DNA of 64,000 bases from assembly GCA_038227875.1 (NCBI GenBank), contig JBBRPR010000042.1, positions 1 through 64,000 of the forward strand. Reading direction: 5' to 3'. The DNA is from Planctomycetota bacterium (lineage in GTDB: Bacteria > Planctomycetota > SZUA-567 > H5-PLA8). This document shows positions 9,104 through 18,643 of this stretch, piece after piece. The translations under genes were made by a program, and so were the position numbers. Positions within the stretch are counted from its first letter, which is position 1. Each line of letters starts with the position of its first letter. The notes under the pieces are model-generated. The model was not told the DNA's origin and did no database searches. It saw only the letters and a list, made by a program, of their open reading frames with translations.

Positions 9104-9125
9104 GGGATATCAGAAGGAAATCAGA
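9104..9125. promoter_or_regulatory. Putative autoregulatory operator overlapping the regulator RBS
   Basis: GGGATATCAGA-a-GGAAATCAGA directly before ATG 9126; these are reverse complements of the units at 8992-9013. Confidence 0.55.
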
Positions 9126-10205
9126 ATGCCAAATTCGCGCTTGTCTTCCCAGTTTGCAGATACGCTGAAACACGAACTTCAATCCCGCAAATTTAAGCCC
9201 GGGGAACTATTGCCTGGGCAACGCATCCTGGCCAAAGAGCATCACCTCAGTGAAAAGACCGTACGGCGCGCGCTGAAAATGCTGACGTTTGAAGGTTTGA
9301 TAGCGCCCGAAGATCGACGCGGTTACCGCGTATTGGGGCAGGCCAACGATCCGGAACGCGGATTCCCCTTCGCCTGCGTCATTTCCAAACCGCAGCAGGA
9401 CACCGTGAGCTGGTTTGTTCGCCGCTTGATGAATGAGCTTCAAGCGGCGGCCGGCCGTCGTGGCTGGTCGTTGCTGACCATCCAGCGCGAGAGTCGCACG
9501 AGCGATGAGATCGTCGCGCACCTTAAAGCTGCGCGCGTCTGCGGAGTAATTGTCGACAGCTTGGACCGCGAACTCATTGATGCGATTTCCAAAATGGGCG
9601 TGCCGGTCGTTCTCGGAGATGCCTGGCGTGAAGACATAGCATTGGATGCGGTGGCCCAGGATGGTTTTACCGGCGCGATGCTCGCCGCAATGCATTTAAC
9701 GGCTCGCGGCTGCAAACGGCTGGGCTTCGTTGGGCCGCCATTGCTTGGCGCGTCTCCACAGGTGATCGAACGGTTGGCCGGAGCCGTCGGCGGCGCGGTG
9801 CGCAGCGGGAGTACGCTGCCCGCGGAATTTTGCCTGGAAGTGCCGTGGGGCGATTTTTCAACAACTGTCGCGCGCGCGCGCAAACTGTTGTCGCGCGCCA
9901 ATCGACCCGACGGCATCATCGCCCCGTGGACCACCATGGGCGTGGCAGTGGTCAAAGCCGCCGCGGAGCTGGGGCTTGAGGTGGGCCGCGAGATTGAAGT
10001 CGTCGGGTGGTCGCCGGAGGAAGACTACGACCTGGAGTACGCAGCAAAATTTCAACCCGGCAAGGTTCCACCGGCCGTGGTCTGGAGCATGGCGGAGCTT
10101 TCAGAAATGTGTATTCTGCGGCTCATGCAACGCCGATCGAGCCCGCAGCTTCCGGTTTCATTTACGCGCGTCTCAATGAGAATGCGAATGACGGGCAACC
10201 CATAA
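9126..10205 (+). CDS. GntR-wHTH / LacI-type effector-domain transcriptional regulator (AraR-like architecture)
   Basis: N-terminal LPGQRILAKEHHLSEKTVRRAL helix-turn-helix; C-terminal sugar-binding fold (GAMLAAMHLTARGCKRLGFVG, RPDGII). Confidence 0.88.
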   Translation: MPNSRLSSQFADTLKHELQSRKFKPGELLPGQRILAKEHHLSEKTVRRALKMLTFEGLIAPEDRRGYRVLGQANDPERGFPFACVISKPQQDTVSWFVRRLMNELQAAAGRRGWSLLTIQRESRTSDEIVAHLKAARVCGVIVDSLDRELIDAISKMGVPVVLGDAWREDIALDAVAQDGFTGAMLAAMHLTARGCKRLGFVGPPLLGASPQVIERLAGAVGGAVRSGSTLPAEFCLEVPWGDFSTTVARARKLLSRANRPDGIIAPWTTMGVAVVKAAAELGLEVGREIEVVGWSPEEDYDLEYAAKFQPGKVPPAVVWSMAELSEMCILRLMQRRSSPQLPVSFTRVSMRMRMTGNP

Positions 10206-10231
10206 ACCAGCGGAATCAAGCGCGCGAGCTG

Positions 10232-11788
10232 CTACAGCGCCACCGACTGCTCGCTCCAGATCTGGAACTCGCGGTGGTGATTTTTTTCGGCCTTGGCGGG
10301 CTGGCCTGAAGCAACGGCGACGATCTCCTGATAGATGCGGCGGCCGACTTGCTCCTGCGTCTCCAGGCCGTCGAGAATCGTGCCGGCGTCGACGTCCAAG
10401 TCGCCGTTCATGCGCTGGAAGATTTCGGTGTTGCTGGAAATCTTGATCACCGGGCCGATCGCGTTACCGATCGTCGTGCCGCGGCCGGTCGTAAACAAAA
10501 CCATGTGCGCGCCCGCGGCGATCAGCGCCGGCGTGGAGAGTTGATCGTAGCTGGGCCCCTGCATGATCCACAGGCCCGGCGTCCTCGGCGCTTGCGCATG
10601 CGGCGTCACACCCTGAATCGGCGCGCGGCCGGCTTTGGCCACGGCACCCAGCGACTTGACCAGAATGTTGACCAGGCCGCCATCCTTGTTGCCCGGCGAT
10701 GGATTTTCAAACGCCGTGTGGCCGTAGCGCGCGGTGAAATCGTCGTACCATTTGATCGCGTCGACGATCTCCTTCGCGGCGGCGGGGCTGGCGGCTTGAT
10801 TCTTCAACTTCTCCTCGCAGCCGGCCATTTCGGGAACTTCCGTAAACATGCTCGTCCCGCCCTGCGCGACGAGAATATCGCTGGCGTGACCCAGCGATGG
10901 ATTGGCGGTAAGCCCGCTGAACGCGTCGGAGCCGCCGCACTTCAACCCGATGGAGAGATGCTTGACGCTCTGCTTCGTGCGCGAAATTTTGTTCACTTCC
11001 GGCAGGAGTTTTTCGACGGCTTCCAGTCCCGCTTTTATCGTCGGTTCAGTGCCGCCGAGTTTCTGGACGGAGAGCACGATTACCGGCTTGCCCCACTGGT
11101 CGAGCGGCTTGCCGATGTAGCGTTCCATAGCGGCGAGATTCGTTTTTTCGCAGCCGAGTTCCAGGATCACCGCCGCGCCGATGTTGGGATGCGCGACGTA
11201 CTGCGCAATGGTGTTGAGCACCAGGTCGATGTTCGTGCCGTCGGTGCAGCCGCAGCCCTTGTCGTGCGGAATCGCGGTGACGCCGTCGACGTTCGGAAAC
11301 TTTTCGCGCGACCAGAGCATGAATTCCGAGCGCATCGAAATCTGGTTCGCTTCGTGGCTGGCGCACATGCTGTTGGGCGCGATCAGGATCCAGTTGCGGA
11401 TGCCAACGCGGCCATCGGGGCGCAGGAATCCGTCGAAGGTCGTCGGCAGTCCTCCGACGTCCGGCCGCCAGTCGCCCGCGGCTTTGGCGCTGTCGTCGGC
11501 AAACTCCGGACGCGCGTTGTCCATGTTGGCGGTGACAATCGAATCGCCCGCACGAATGCCCTTCGACACGCCGATCGGCCAGCCGTACTGCACGATCGGC
11601 GACCCGGCGGCAATGTCCTTGAGCGCAAAGCGGAACGCGCGGCGCACGGAATCGTTGAGCCGCAGCTGCCGGCTCGGCGCCAGCTCCAGATTCAAGCCCG
11701 CGGGCAAGTCGCACTTGGCGACGGCGACATTATCCTTCGCGCTGTCGACGAGCACGGCGGCCTGGCTGAGCTTCAATGTGTCGGGCAT
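10232..11788 (-). CDS. UxaA/GarD-family sugar-acid dehydratase with N-terminal SAF domain
   Basis: DNVAVA SAF start, RPDGRVGIRN, HDKGCG, LGCEK, GLKCGGSDAFSGLTANP, ENPSPGNKDGGL, FTTGRGT. Confidence 0.93.
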   Translation of the reverse strand: MPDTLKLSQAAVLVDSAKDNVAVAKCDLPAGLNLELAPSRQLRLNDSVRRAFRFALKDIAAGSPIVQYGWPIGVSKGIRAGDSIVTANMDNARPEFADDSAKAAGDWRPDVGGLPTTFDGFLRPDGRVGIRNWILIAPNSMCASHEANQISMRSEFMLWSREKFPNVDGVTAIPHDKGCGCTDGTNIDLVLNTIAQYVAHPNIGAAVILELGCEKTNLAAMERYIGKPLDQWGKPVIVLSVQKLGGTEPTIKAGLEAVEKLLPEVNKISRTKQSVKHLSIGLKCGGSDAFSGLTANPSLGHASDILVAQGGTSMFTEVPEMAGCEEKLKNQAASPAAAKEIVDAIKWYDDFTARYGHTAFENPSPGNKDGGLVNILVKSLGAVAKAGRAPIQGVTPHAQAPRTPGLWIMQGPSYDQLSTPALIAAGAHMVLFTTGRGTTIGNAIGPVIKISSNTEIFQRMNGDLDVDAGTILDGLETQEQVGRRIYQEIVAVASGQPAKAEKNHHREFQIWSEQSVAL

Positions 11789-11815
11789 GGCTTCCTCCGA
11801 ATTCCTGAGTTTCTT

Positions 11816-11955
11816 ATCTCACGCAAAGCCGCAAAGACGCAAAGAACTGCTTACTACTTGGAACATTTCGAGATGGATTGTTCGTTCTCCAAATTCTCAT
11901 CTAAATCTGTTGCAGTTCTTGCTGTTCTTGGCGACTTTGCGGCTTTGCGTGAGAT
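11816..11955. repeat. Miniature inverted-repeat element, family 2 (CGCAAAG tandem ends)
   Basis: ATCTCACGCAAAGCCGCAAAGACGCAAAGAAC ... GTTCTTGGCGACTTTGCGGCTTTGCGTGAGAT; inverted ends of about 32 bp around an AT-rich core; abuts the stop codon of the upstream gene. Confidence 0.85.
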
Positions 11956-12923
11956 CAAACCTCGAGTTTGCCTTTCGCTGCGAGAGCTTTGAAGGATTCG
12001 ACGGTGCGGCGGATGCCGTCGGCGATGCCGATGCGGCGGACGCTGGGGTAGACTTTGCGCAGTTCGTCGTCGTTCAGATTCGAGGCGATCGGGAGATTTC
12101 CGCCGGAGCAGGTGATCAGCTTTGCGGCGCCGGGGACGATTTTTTCGAGTTCAGCGATGAATGCCTTCGTGTCGAGAATGTCGCCGCTGACGGTGAAGGA
12201 CGGCGCGTTGGGGACGGGGTGAAGCGCGGCGGCGACGAAGATGTCCGCGCATTCTTCAGAGAAGGTGTACGCGGTCGGTCCGCTGAATGGAATGTCGAAA
12301 TGCTTTCCCAGCAGCGCGGCAGCGATCGCTCGTGTGGGGAAGCTGGTCATGCCGACGTCGCGGCCCGGGCCGTAGACAGTCAGCGGGCGCAACCCGACGC
12401 TCATGATTTTCCGGTCGAGAAAATACGCGCGCGCGCAGTGTTCGTTGCAGAGTTTATACGCGCCGTAGTGCGTGCCCGGCTTGGGCTGCGTCTGGTCGGT
12501 GACGCTCTGGTTGTCGTAGTCGGCGTCGCTGCCAAAGACGGCGGCGCTGGACGCATAGGCGATGGCCGGCCTGTTGGGCAGCGCGCCTGCGGCTTCAAAC
12601 ACGGCCAGCGTGCCGATCACGTTCACGCGCGCACCGGCCAGCGGGTTGGCGCGGCAGGTTGGGACTTGCAGGCCGGCGAGATGGATGATTGCATCCGGCG
12701 CGAGCGCCTTGAAGGCTTCGAGCACCTCGTCGGGCTGATCGATGTGAATCGGCCGGAACGCGATGCGTTCAATCTGCGCGGGAGTCAGCACCATCTCCCA
12801 GCGCTTGGTGGTGCGTTCAAGATCGAGCACGGTGACGGTGTGGGCATCCGCGAGCAGCTTGCGGATCACCCAGCTCCCCAAAAAACCACACCCACCCGTG
12901 ACTGCTACGTGTGCCATAACCAA
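11955..12923 (-). CDS. NAD-dependent epimerase/dehydratase (extended SDR)
   Basis: TGGCGFLG, HLAG, YASSAAVFG, YGAYK (YxxxK), LRPLTVYGPG. Confidence 0.92.
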   Translation of the reverse strand: MVMAHVAVTGGCGFLGSWVIRKLLADAHTVTVLDLERTTKRWEMVLTPAQIERIAFRPIHIDQPDEVLEAFKALAPDAIIHLAGLQVPTCRANPLAGARVNVIGTLAVFEAAGALPNRPAIAYASSAAVFGSDADYDNQSVTDQTQPKPGTHYGAYKLCNEHCARAYFLDRKIMSVGLRPLTVYGPGRDVGMTSFPTRAIAAALLGKHFDIPFSGPTAYTFSEECADIFVAAALHPVPNAPSFTVSGDILDTKAFIAELEKIVPGAAKLITCSGGNLPIASNLNDDELRKVYPSVRRIGIADGIRRTVESFKALAAKGKLEV

Positions 12924-12932
12924 TTCCTCTCG

Positions 12933-13694
12933 TTAACCGAGCAGCGCGCCACCATCGACGGGCATGGACAGACCGGTGATAAACGACGCGTCGCTGCTGG
13001 CCAGAAACGCGGCGGCGCGTCCAATTTCCAGGATCGACGCCATGCGGCCCAGCGGCTGCGCGCTTTCGCAGGCCTTGCGCACGGCGGCGGGATCGGCCTG
13101 CTTGGCGATCCATTCGTTCATCAGCGGTGTGGCGACATTCGACGGGCAGATCGCATTGACGCGCACGCCGAATTTCGCTTCGTCTTTCGCCAGGCCCATG
13201 GTCAGACCTAGGATGCCGGCTTTGCTCGCGCAGTACGCAATCGCGTCCGACTGCCCGACCAGGCCGCGCATGCTGCTCATGTTGACCACCGCGCCCTGGC
13301 GCTTGCGGATTTCCGGCAGCGCGGCGCGGCAGAAGAGGTACATCGACTTGAGATTCAGATTCAGCATGAAGTCCCACTTGTCGGGCGTCAGCGAATCGAT
13401 GGTGTGCGGAAAATGCGTGCCGGCGTTGTTGACCAGAATGTCGAGCGCGCCGTGGCGCTTTACCGTCGCCGCGACGCAGGCGTTGATGCTTTTCTCGTCG
13501 AGCACGTCGGTTTTTTCGAAGACCGCATCGCCGCCGGAATCGCGCACGGCTTTCGCTGTTGCTTCGCCTTCTTCGACGCGCAGATCGGAAATCACGACGC
13601 GCGCGCCCTCTTCAGCCAGCGCGCGGACGCAGCCTTCGCCAATGCCGCGCGACCCGCCGGTCACGATCGCGATTTTCTTTTCCAGTCGGCCCAT
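12933..13694 (-). CDS. Classical SDR oxidoreductase
   Basis: TGGSRGIG, LVNNAG, YCASKAG, VRVNAICP, VDGG. Confidence 0.93.
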   Translation of the reverse strand: MGRLEKKIAIVTGGSRGIGEGCVRALAEEGARVVISDLRVEEGEATAKAVRDSGGDAVFEKTDVLDEKSINACVAATVKRHGALDILVNNAGTHFPHTIDSLTPDKWDFMLNLNLKSMYLFCRAALPEIRKRQGAVVNMSSMRGLVGQSDAIAYCASKAGILGLTMGLAKDEAKFGVRVNAICPSNVATPLMNEWIAKQADPAAVRKACESAQPLGRMASILEIGRAAAFLASSDASFITGLSMPVDGGALLG

Positions 13695-13783
13695 AGCTGA
13701 TCCTCTCGCGATTCTTCCCTTATAGGGGTGGTGCGGGACAACCTAGGACCAATTGGTCCCAGGGTCAAAATCGAACACGGATA

Positions 13784-14980
13784 CTAAGTCTTCTTCGCCT
13801 TTCGCACGGCTTCCGCGGCCGCGTTCAGCGCACCGTCGACGGTCAGTTCGCCCGTCAGCGCGGCGCGCACGGAGCCCCAGATTGCGTCCTCGCACGCGGG
13901 GTATTCGGGGAACTTCGGCGGCACGGCCATGCAATCGCGCAGCGTCGCTTCGAGAATCTCCAGCCGCCGCGCTTCACGCGAGGCAGGTTTGCAGGCTTCG
14001 CGGATTTTTTTCATCGCAGCGGGTCGCGCGACGATGCTGCCGCGCTGCGCATCGTCGAACTGGCTCTCTTCAGAAGTCAGGAAGCGGAGCAGTTCCAGCG
14101 CCGCCGGAACATCGCGCGCGCCGGTGCTCAACGCGAACGAATGGCCGCCGGAGTAAACGCGGCGTTTGCCCGACGGGCCGACCGGGTAGATCGCGACGTC
14201 GAAGCGCGTGCGAACGGCCGGGGCGCTCTGGTAACCGTGGTAGCCGCCGGGCCAGTCGGTGGTCATCGCGGCTTTGCCGGCCTGAAAATGCTCGGCGACC
14301 TGATCGTAGTGCCAGTCGATCAGTTCCTTCGGCGCGCACCCGCGGTACAGTTCGACCAGCGTCGAGACGGCGTAGCGGCCGGCATCCGTGACGAAACCCG
14401 GTTCGAGGTCCGCGGTGAAGAGTTCGCCACCGGCGCTTTCGAGAATTTCGTAGAAGTGGCCGAAGAGTCCGGATTCCTTGCCGGGAAAGACGAACCCGTT
14501 GCGTCCGGCGCCCTGGTTGCAGAACGCGGCGATCTCGATGAGTTCATCCCACGTTCGCGGCGGCGCGAGGTCGCGTTCGTGCTGCGCTTTGAAGACAAAC
14601 TGGAAGTTTGGATCTTCGAACAGATCGCGGCGGTAGAGCAGAATCTTGGTGTCGATCACGCGCGGCAGTTGCAACAGTTTGCCGCGGTAGCGCATCAGCT
14701 CCAGCGCGGAAGGCTCGAAGCCCGCGAGCTCCTCCTTGCCGAGCAGTTCGTCGAGCGGCCGCAGAAATTGCGCCTGGCTGGGCGAATATTTTGAATGCGT
14801 CGAGACAAGATCGTACTCCGCACCATGTTTGGCGAGGTGCTCGTTGAGCGACGGGTGATCGCCTTTAAAGCCGACTTCGACGCGCACGCCGGTGCGCTTT
14901 TCGAATTCCGGCAGGCGCGCGTACAGGCCATCGTACATCGGGCCGCCGACAAAGGCTGCTTTCAACGCTGCGACGGGCAT
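13784..14980 (-). CDS. Sugar-type solute-binding protein (family 1), with no obvious signal peptide
   Basis: LLYRRDLF, PPRTWDEL, FQAGKAAM, GGHSFAL, ALELLRFLTS; start overlaps the upstream stop (TGATG). Confidence 0.85.
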   Translation of the reverse strand: MPVAALKAAFVGGPMYDGLYARLPEFEKRTGVRVEVGFKGDHPSLNEHLAKHGAEYDLVSTHSKYSPSQAQFLRPLDELLGKEELAGFEPSALELMRYRGKLLQLPRVIDTKILLYRRDLFEDPNFQFVFKAQHERDLAPPRTWDELIEIAAFCNQGAGRNGFVFPGKESGLFGHFYEILESAGGELFTADLEPGFVTDAGRYAVSTLVELYRGCAPKELIDWHYDQVAEHFQAGKAAMTTDWPGGYHGYQSAPAVRTRFDVAIYPVGPSGKRRVYSGGHSFALSTGARDVPAALELLRFLTSEESQFDDAQRGSIVARPAAMKKIREACKPASREARRLEILEATLRDCMAVPPKFPEYPACEDAIWGSVRAALTGELTVDGALNAAAEAVRKAKKT

Positions 14981-15930
14981 CAGGATTCCTTTCCATGCAG
15001 CGCGAGATCCTGCGCCAGGCGTTCGACGGACGTATCACGCGCGCGAATGAGATGTTCGCGCAGCGCCTTAATGGCACGCTTGCGATCGCGGCCGAGCATC
15101 GCGCGCAGAATTTCCACGTGTTCGCGGAACGTCTGCTGCATGCGACCCAGCACCCGCCATGGCGGAGCGACGGCGATCACGCGCAAGCCTTCCTGCTCTT
15201 CCATCGCGCGGCGTAATAATGTGTTGGGGCAGGCGTTCAGAATCGTGCGGTGGAATTCAAGATCCAGCGCTACGCCCTCGTCCATGGAGATGCTGCGGGA
15301 TTCGTTGGTGGCGGCGAGAGTGCGCTTCAACAGGTCTTTGAGCGCAGCGAGATCGAGGAAATCCCAAGCGGAGTCGAGCGCCGCCGGTTCGATGGCGAGG
15401 CGGAATTCATAGAGGTCGATGATTTCGCGCGGCCCGACGACGATGCGCTTCCAGCCGCGGCGCGGCAGCGGTTCGAGCAGGTTCTGGCGCGCCAGCAGAC
15501 TCAGCGCGCGGTTGGCCGTGGTCCGGGAGACGCCAAGCTTGCGGGCGATCACCGCATCCTTGATGATCGTGTCGCCGTGTCCGTTCTCTGAACTCAACAA
15601 CATGCGCAGCCGCTGCGCGATATCGACGAACGCCGGCTGGATGCCCGTCGCGCTGGTGTCGCTGCGTTTGAAGGCCTGGGATTTCAGGATTGTCCGCGCC
15701 AGCGGCGGCGTGGCCTGGACCCGCGCGCCGAAACGTTCGCGGATGGTCACCGCGCGGAGCTTCTGCAGAAACTGCAAGGCCTGGCGCACCGGCGTGCGTG
15801 AAACGTTGCAGGCGTCGGAGTACTTTGCTTCCGAAACGCGATCGCCCTGGCGCAACTTGCCTGCCGCGATATCCTCCAGCACACGTCGCGCGACCGGCAG
15901 ATTTAGTTTTCCGCGTCTTGTACTTTGCAT
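14980..15930 (-). CDS. GntR/FCD-family regulator with two tandem wHTH domains
   Basis: VSRTPVRQAL and LGVSRTTANRAL HTH motifs; FCD domain (LYEFRLAIE, DLEFH, EHVEILRAM). Start moved to 15930; the longer ORF is antisense to the next gene. Confidence 0.85.
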   Translation of the reverse strand: MQSTRRGKLNLPVARRVLEDIAAGKLRQGDRVSEAKYSDACNVSRTPVRQALQFLQKLRAVTIRERFGARVQATPPLARTILKSQAFKRSDTSATGIQPAFVDIAQRLRMLLSSENGHGDTIIKDAVIARKLGVSRTTANRALSLLARQNLLEPLPRRGWKRIVVGPREIIDLYEFRLAIEPAALDSAWDFLDLAALKDLLKRTLAATNESRSISMDEGVALDLEFHRTILNACPNTLLRRAMEEQEGLRVIAVAPPWRVLGRMQQTFREHVEILRAMLGRDRKRAIKALREHLIRARDTSVERLAQDLALHGKES

Positions 15931-16059
15931 GCATTGTACGATATCCAGCATCCGGTGCGGGTCAATACAATTTTCCGCGCACTTGACGCGGAGAGAAGAG
16001 GGCTTGAGCTCCCCACAACGTCGCTTTATTGGAATCCAGTTCCGGCGATAATGTTTTTC

Positions 16060-16560
16060 ATGACCGAGACCCACGAAAACGTTCCACGCACCGCGCCGCT
16101 GGCAGTATTCGTCGACGCCGACGCCTGTCCGGCACGCGACGAGATCGTGCTGATCTGCAAGCGGCACACGGTCGTGCCCACGTTTGTCGCCAACAAGGAG
16201 ATCCTCGCGATCACCAACAGCGCCAGCGCGGCGATGAAAGTCGTCGACGGCGATTTCGACGCCGCGGACAACTGGCTGATCGAGCAGGCCAACGAAGGCG
16301 ACCTGATTCTCACGGCCGATCTTCTGCTGGCACAGCGCGCGGTGAAGAAGAAGGTTGAAGTGATGAACTTTTCCGGCAACGTCTGGACTGACGATGTGAT
16401 CCACGATCTCGTGGCGCGGCGGGAGGTTCAGAAGTATCTTCGTGAGATGAGCCTGCCCAGCCACCAGCCGGTGCCCTACTCCAAGGAAAACCGCTCGCGG
16501 CTCAAATCGTCGCTCCACCAGTGGCTGGAATCGCGGCTGCGCGCACGGAAGGGAAACTAA
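16060..16560 (+). CDS. YaiI/YqxD (DUF188) family protein
   Basis: VFVDADACP, DAADNWL, GDLILTADLLLA motifs; exact start uncertain. Confidence 0.88.
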   Translation: MTETHENVPRTAPLAVFVDADACPARDEIVLICKRHTVVPTFVANKEILAITNSASAAMKVVDGDFDAADNWLIEQANEGDLILTADLLLAQRAVKKKVEVMNFSGNVWTDDVIHDLVARREVQKYLREMSLPSHQPVPYSKENRSRLKSSLHQWLESRLRARKGN

Positions 16561-16570
16561 AACACAGACC

Positions 16571-17767
16571 ATGACTTTTGACTACGCCATCGCCGGCGGC
16601 GGCATTGTCGGACTTTCAACCGCGATGAAGCTGCTGGAAACCAACCCCGCTCTGCGCGTCACAGTAATCGAGAAGGAAGACCAGGTCGGCGTCCACCAGA
16701 CCGGTAGCAACAGCGGCGTGATTCACTCGGGCCTTTATTACAAACCCGGTTCGAGCAAGGCCAAGACCTGCGTCGAAGGCCGGCGCCTGATGGTCGAATT
16801 CTGCAAGCAGCACGGCGTCGCGCACGATGTCTGCGGCAAAATCGTCGTTGCCACCGAAGAATATGAACTGCCGAAGCTGAGCGAACTGTTCGCGCGCGCG
16901 AAGGCCAACGGCGTCGAAGGCGTGGAGGAGATTGGTCCGGAACGGATGCGCGAAATCGAGCCGCATGTTCGCGGCATCAAAGGGCTGTGGGTACCGACGA
17001 CCGGCATCGCCGATTATCCCGGCGTCGCACGGAAGTACGCCGAATTGATTCAAACCAAGGGTGGCAGCGTCCAACTGGGCACCGCGGTTACCCGCATTTC
17101 GCACCGCGGAGACGAGACGGTGATCGCCACGACGAAAGGCGAGGTGCTCACCAAAACGCTGATCAACTGTTGCGGCCTGCATTCCGACCGCGTCGCGCGT
17201 CTGGCGGGATTAAAGCCCGATGCGAAGATCGTTCCGTTCCGGGGCGAATATTACAAGCTCAAGCCCGAGCGCTACAGCCTCGTGCGCAACCTGATCTACC
17301 CGGTGCCGGATCCGCGCTTTCCCTTTCTTGGCGTCCATTTTACGCGCATGATTCTCGGCGGCGTTGAAGCGGGACCCAACGCGGTGCTGGCCTTTAAGCG
17401 CGAAGGCTACACGCGCCTTTCATTCAATTTTCGCGACAGTTTTGAAACGCTGACCTACGGCGGCTTCTGGCACCTGGCGTTCAAGTTCTGGAAGACGGGC
17501 ATGGGCGAAATGTACCGCAGCGTCAGCAAGGCCGCGTTCGTGCGCGCACTCCAGAAACTGATTCCCGAAATCCAAGCGCAGGATCTGGAGGACGGCGGCG
17601 CCGGCGTTCGCGCTCAAGCGCTGTTGCCCGATGGCGCGCTGGTCGACGACTTCAAAATCATCCGCGACGGCAGCGCCGTGCACGTGCTCAATGCCCCGTC
17701 GCCGGCGGCGACGGCGAGTTTGAGCATCGGAGCGCAAATTGCGGCGATGGCGGTGAGTGGCGCATAG
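16571..17767 (+). CDS. lhgO: L-2-hydroxyglutarate oxidase family FAD enzyme
   Basis: GGGIVG, HQTGSNSGVIHSGLYY, PFRGEYY, YPVPDPRFPFLGVHFT, AGVRAQA, NAPSPAATASL. Confidence 0.92.
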   Translation: MTFDYAIAGGGIVGLSTAMKLLETNPALRVTVIEKEDQVGVHQTGSNSGVIHSGLYYKPGSSKAKTCVEGRRLMVEFCKQHGVAHDVCGKIVVATEEYELPKLSELFARAKANGVEGVEEIGPERMREIEPHVRGIKGLWVPTTGIADYPGVARKYAELIQTKGGSVQLGTAVTRISHRGDETVIATTKGEVLTKTLINCCGLHSDRVARLAGLKPDAKIVPFRGEYYKLKPERYSLVRNLIYPVPDPRFPFLGVHFTRMILGGVEAGPNAVLAFKREGYTRLSFNFRDSFETLTYGGFWHLAFKFWKTGMGEMYRSVSKAAFVRALQKLIPEIQAQDLEDGGAGVRAQALLPDGALVDDFKIIRDGSAVHVLNAPSPAATASLSIGAQIAAMAVSGA

Positions 17768-17839
17768 CGACGGAGTGATGGATTTCTGTTGCGCGATATT
17801 CGTATTCGGATCAAATGGATTAAATAATTGGGGGCGTCG

Positions 17840-18454
17840 ATGATGCGCGTCGGAATTGTCTGTTTGCTGTTACTGTCCAGTATTGCTCTGGCTGAAGAAG
17901 TTTCACCTCCCACTCCGACTCCCGCGCCTGCGAAAACCGATTCACCGGCGCTATTGACGCCACGGGACGATGTCAAAGGCGTGAAGAACTTCGCGAAAGT
18001 CAGTGAGATCCTCTACCGCGGCGAGCAGCCGACGGCCGAGGGCTTCGCGGAACTGAAGAAGATGGGCATCAAGACCGTCGTCAATCTGCGCGCGTTTCAC
18101 AGCGATCGCGACGAACTGGCCGGCGCCGGGTTGCAGTATGTCCACATCAACTGCAAGGCGTGGCATCCGGAAGAAGAAGACGTCGCGCAATTTTTAAAGC
18201 TGCTCAAAGACCCGAAGAATCTCCCCGTGTTCGTGCACTGCCAGCACGGCGCCGACCGCACCGGGATGATGGTCGCGTCGTACCGCATCGTCGAGCAAGG
18301 CTGGAATCCCGATGACGCGGCGCGAGAGACCCACAATTTCGGCTTCCACGCGATCTTCACTGAGATTCAGACCTTTCTAAAACGCTTCGATGCTACCGCG
18401 ATGGCCAAGAAGGTGACGGAAGCCACTGCTCCGAAAATTGACATCGTAAAATAG
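17840..18454 (+). CDS. Exported Cys-dependent tyrosine/dual-specificity phosphatase
   Basis: Signal peptide (...SSIALA/EE), LYRGEQP, GIKTVVNLR, catalytic HCQHGADRTG (CX5R). Confidence 0.88.
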   Translation: MMRVGIVCLLLLSSIALAEEVSPPTPTPAPAKTDSPALLTPRDDVKGVKNFAKVSEILYRGEQPTAEGFAELKKMGIKTVVNLRAFHSDRDELAGAGLQYVHINCKAWHPEEEDVAQFLKLLKDPKNLPVFVHCQHGADRTGMMVASYRIVEQGWNPDDAARETHNFGFHAIFTEIQTFLKRFDATAMAKKVTEATAPKIDIVK

Positions 18455-18643
18455 AATTTCAAAGCAGCTCGGACAAATCTTCCTGCTATTTCAGCTCCAG
18501 CAACACACGTGCACACGATTTTTCGTGTTTTTACGAGCTCGTACGTTGACGAATATATTTTCTATTACAGAATCAGATCACTTAAAACGTATGAAGGTAT
18601 GGAAGGGCTAAAAACTCACAGCACAACGCGGAGGGGAATACCA

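Noticed and set aside
7599..10205. Genomic island for the oxidoreductase/regulator pair, which looks somewhat less GC-rich
   Set aside because: No integrase, tRNA or flanking direct repeats seen, and I did not quantify the composition difference.
11181..13211. 676-aa plus-strand ORF, and similar long ORFs at 10349-11992, 18770-20416, 39804-41210, 45884-47254 and 58018-59415
   Set aside because: They lie antisense to well-supported genes and carry no motifs; long shadow ORFs are expected in GC-rich DNA.
15931..16572. N-terminal 213-aa extension of the GntR ORF in the track
   Set aside because: It is the antisense of the YaiI/YqxD gene; GntR similarity begins near 15930.
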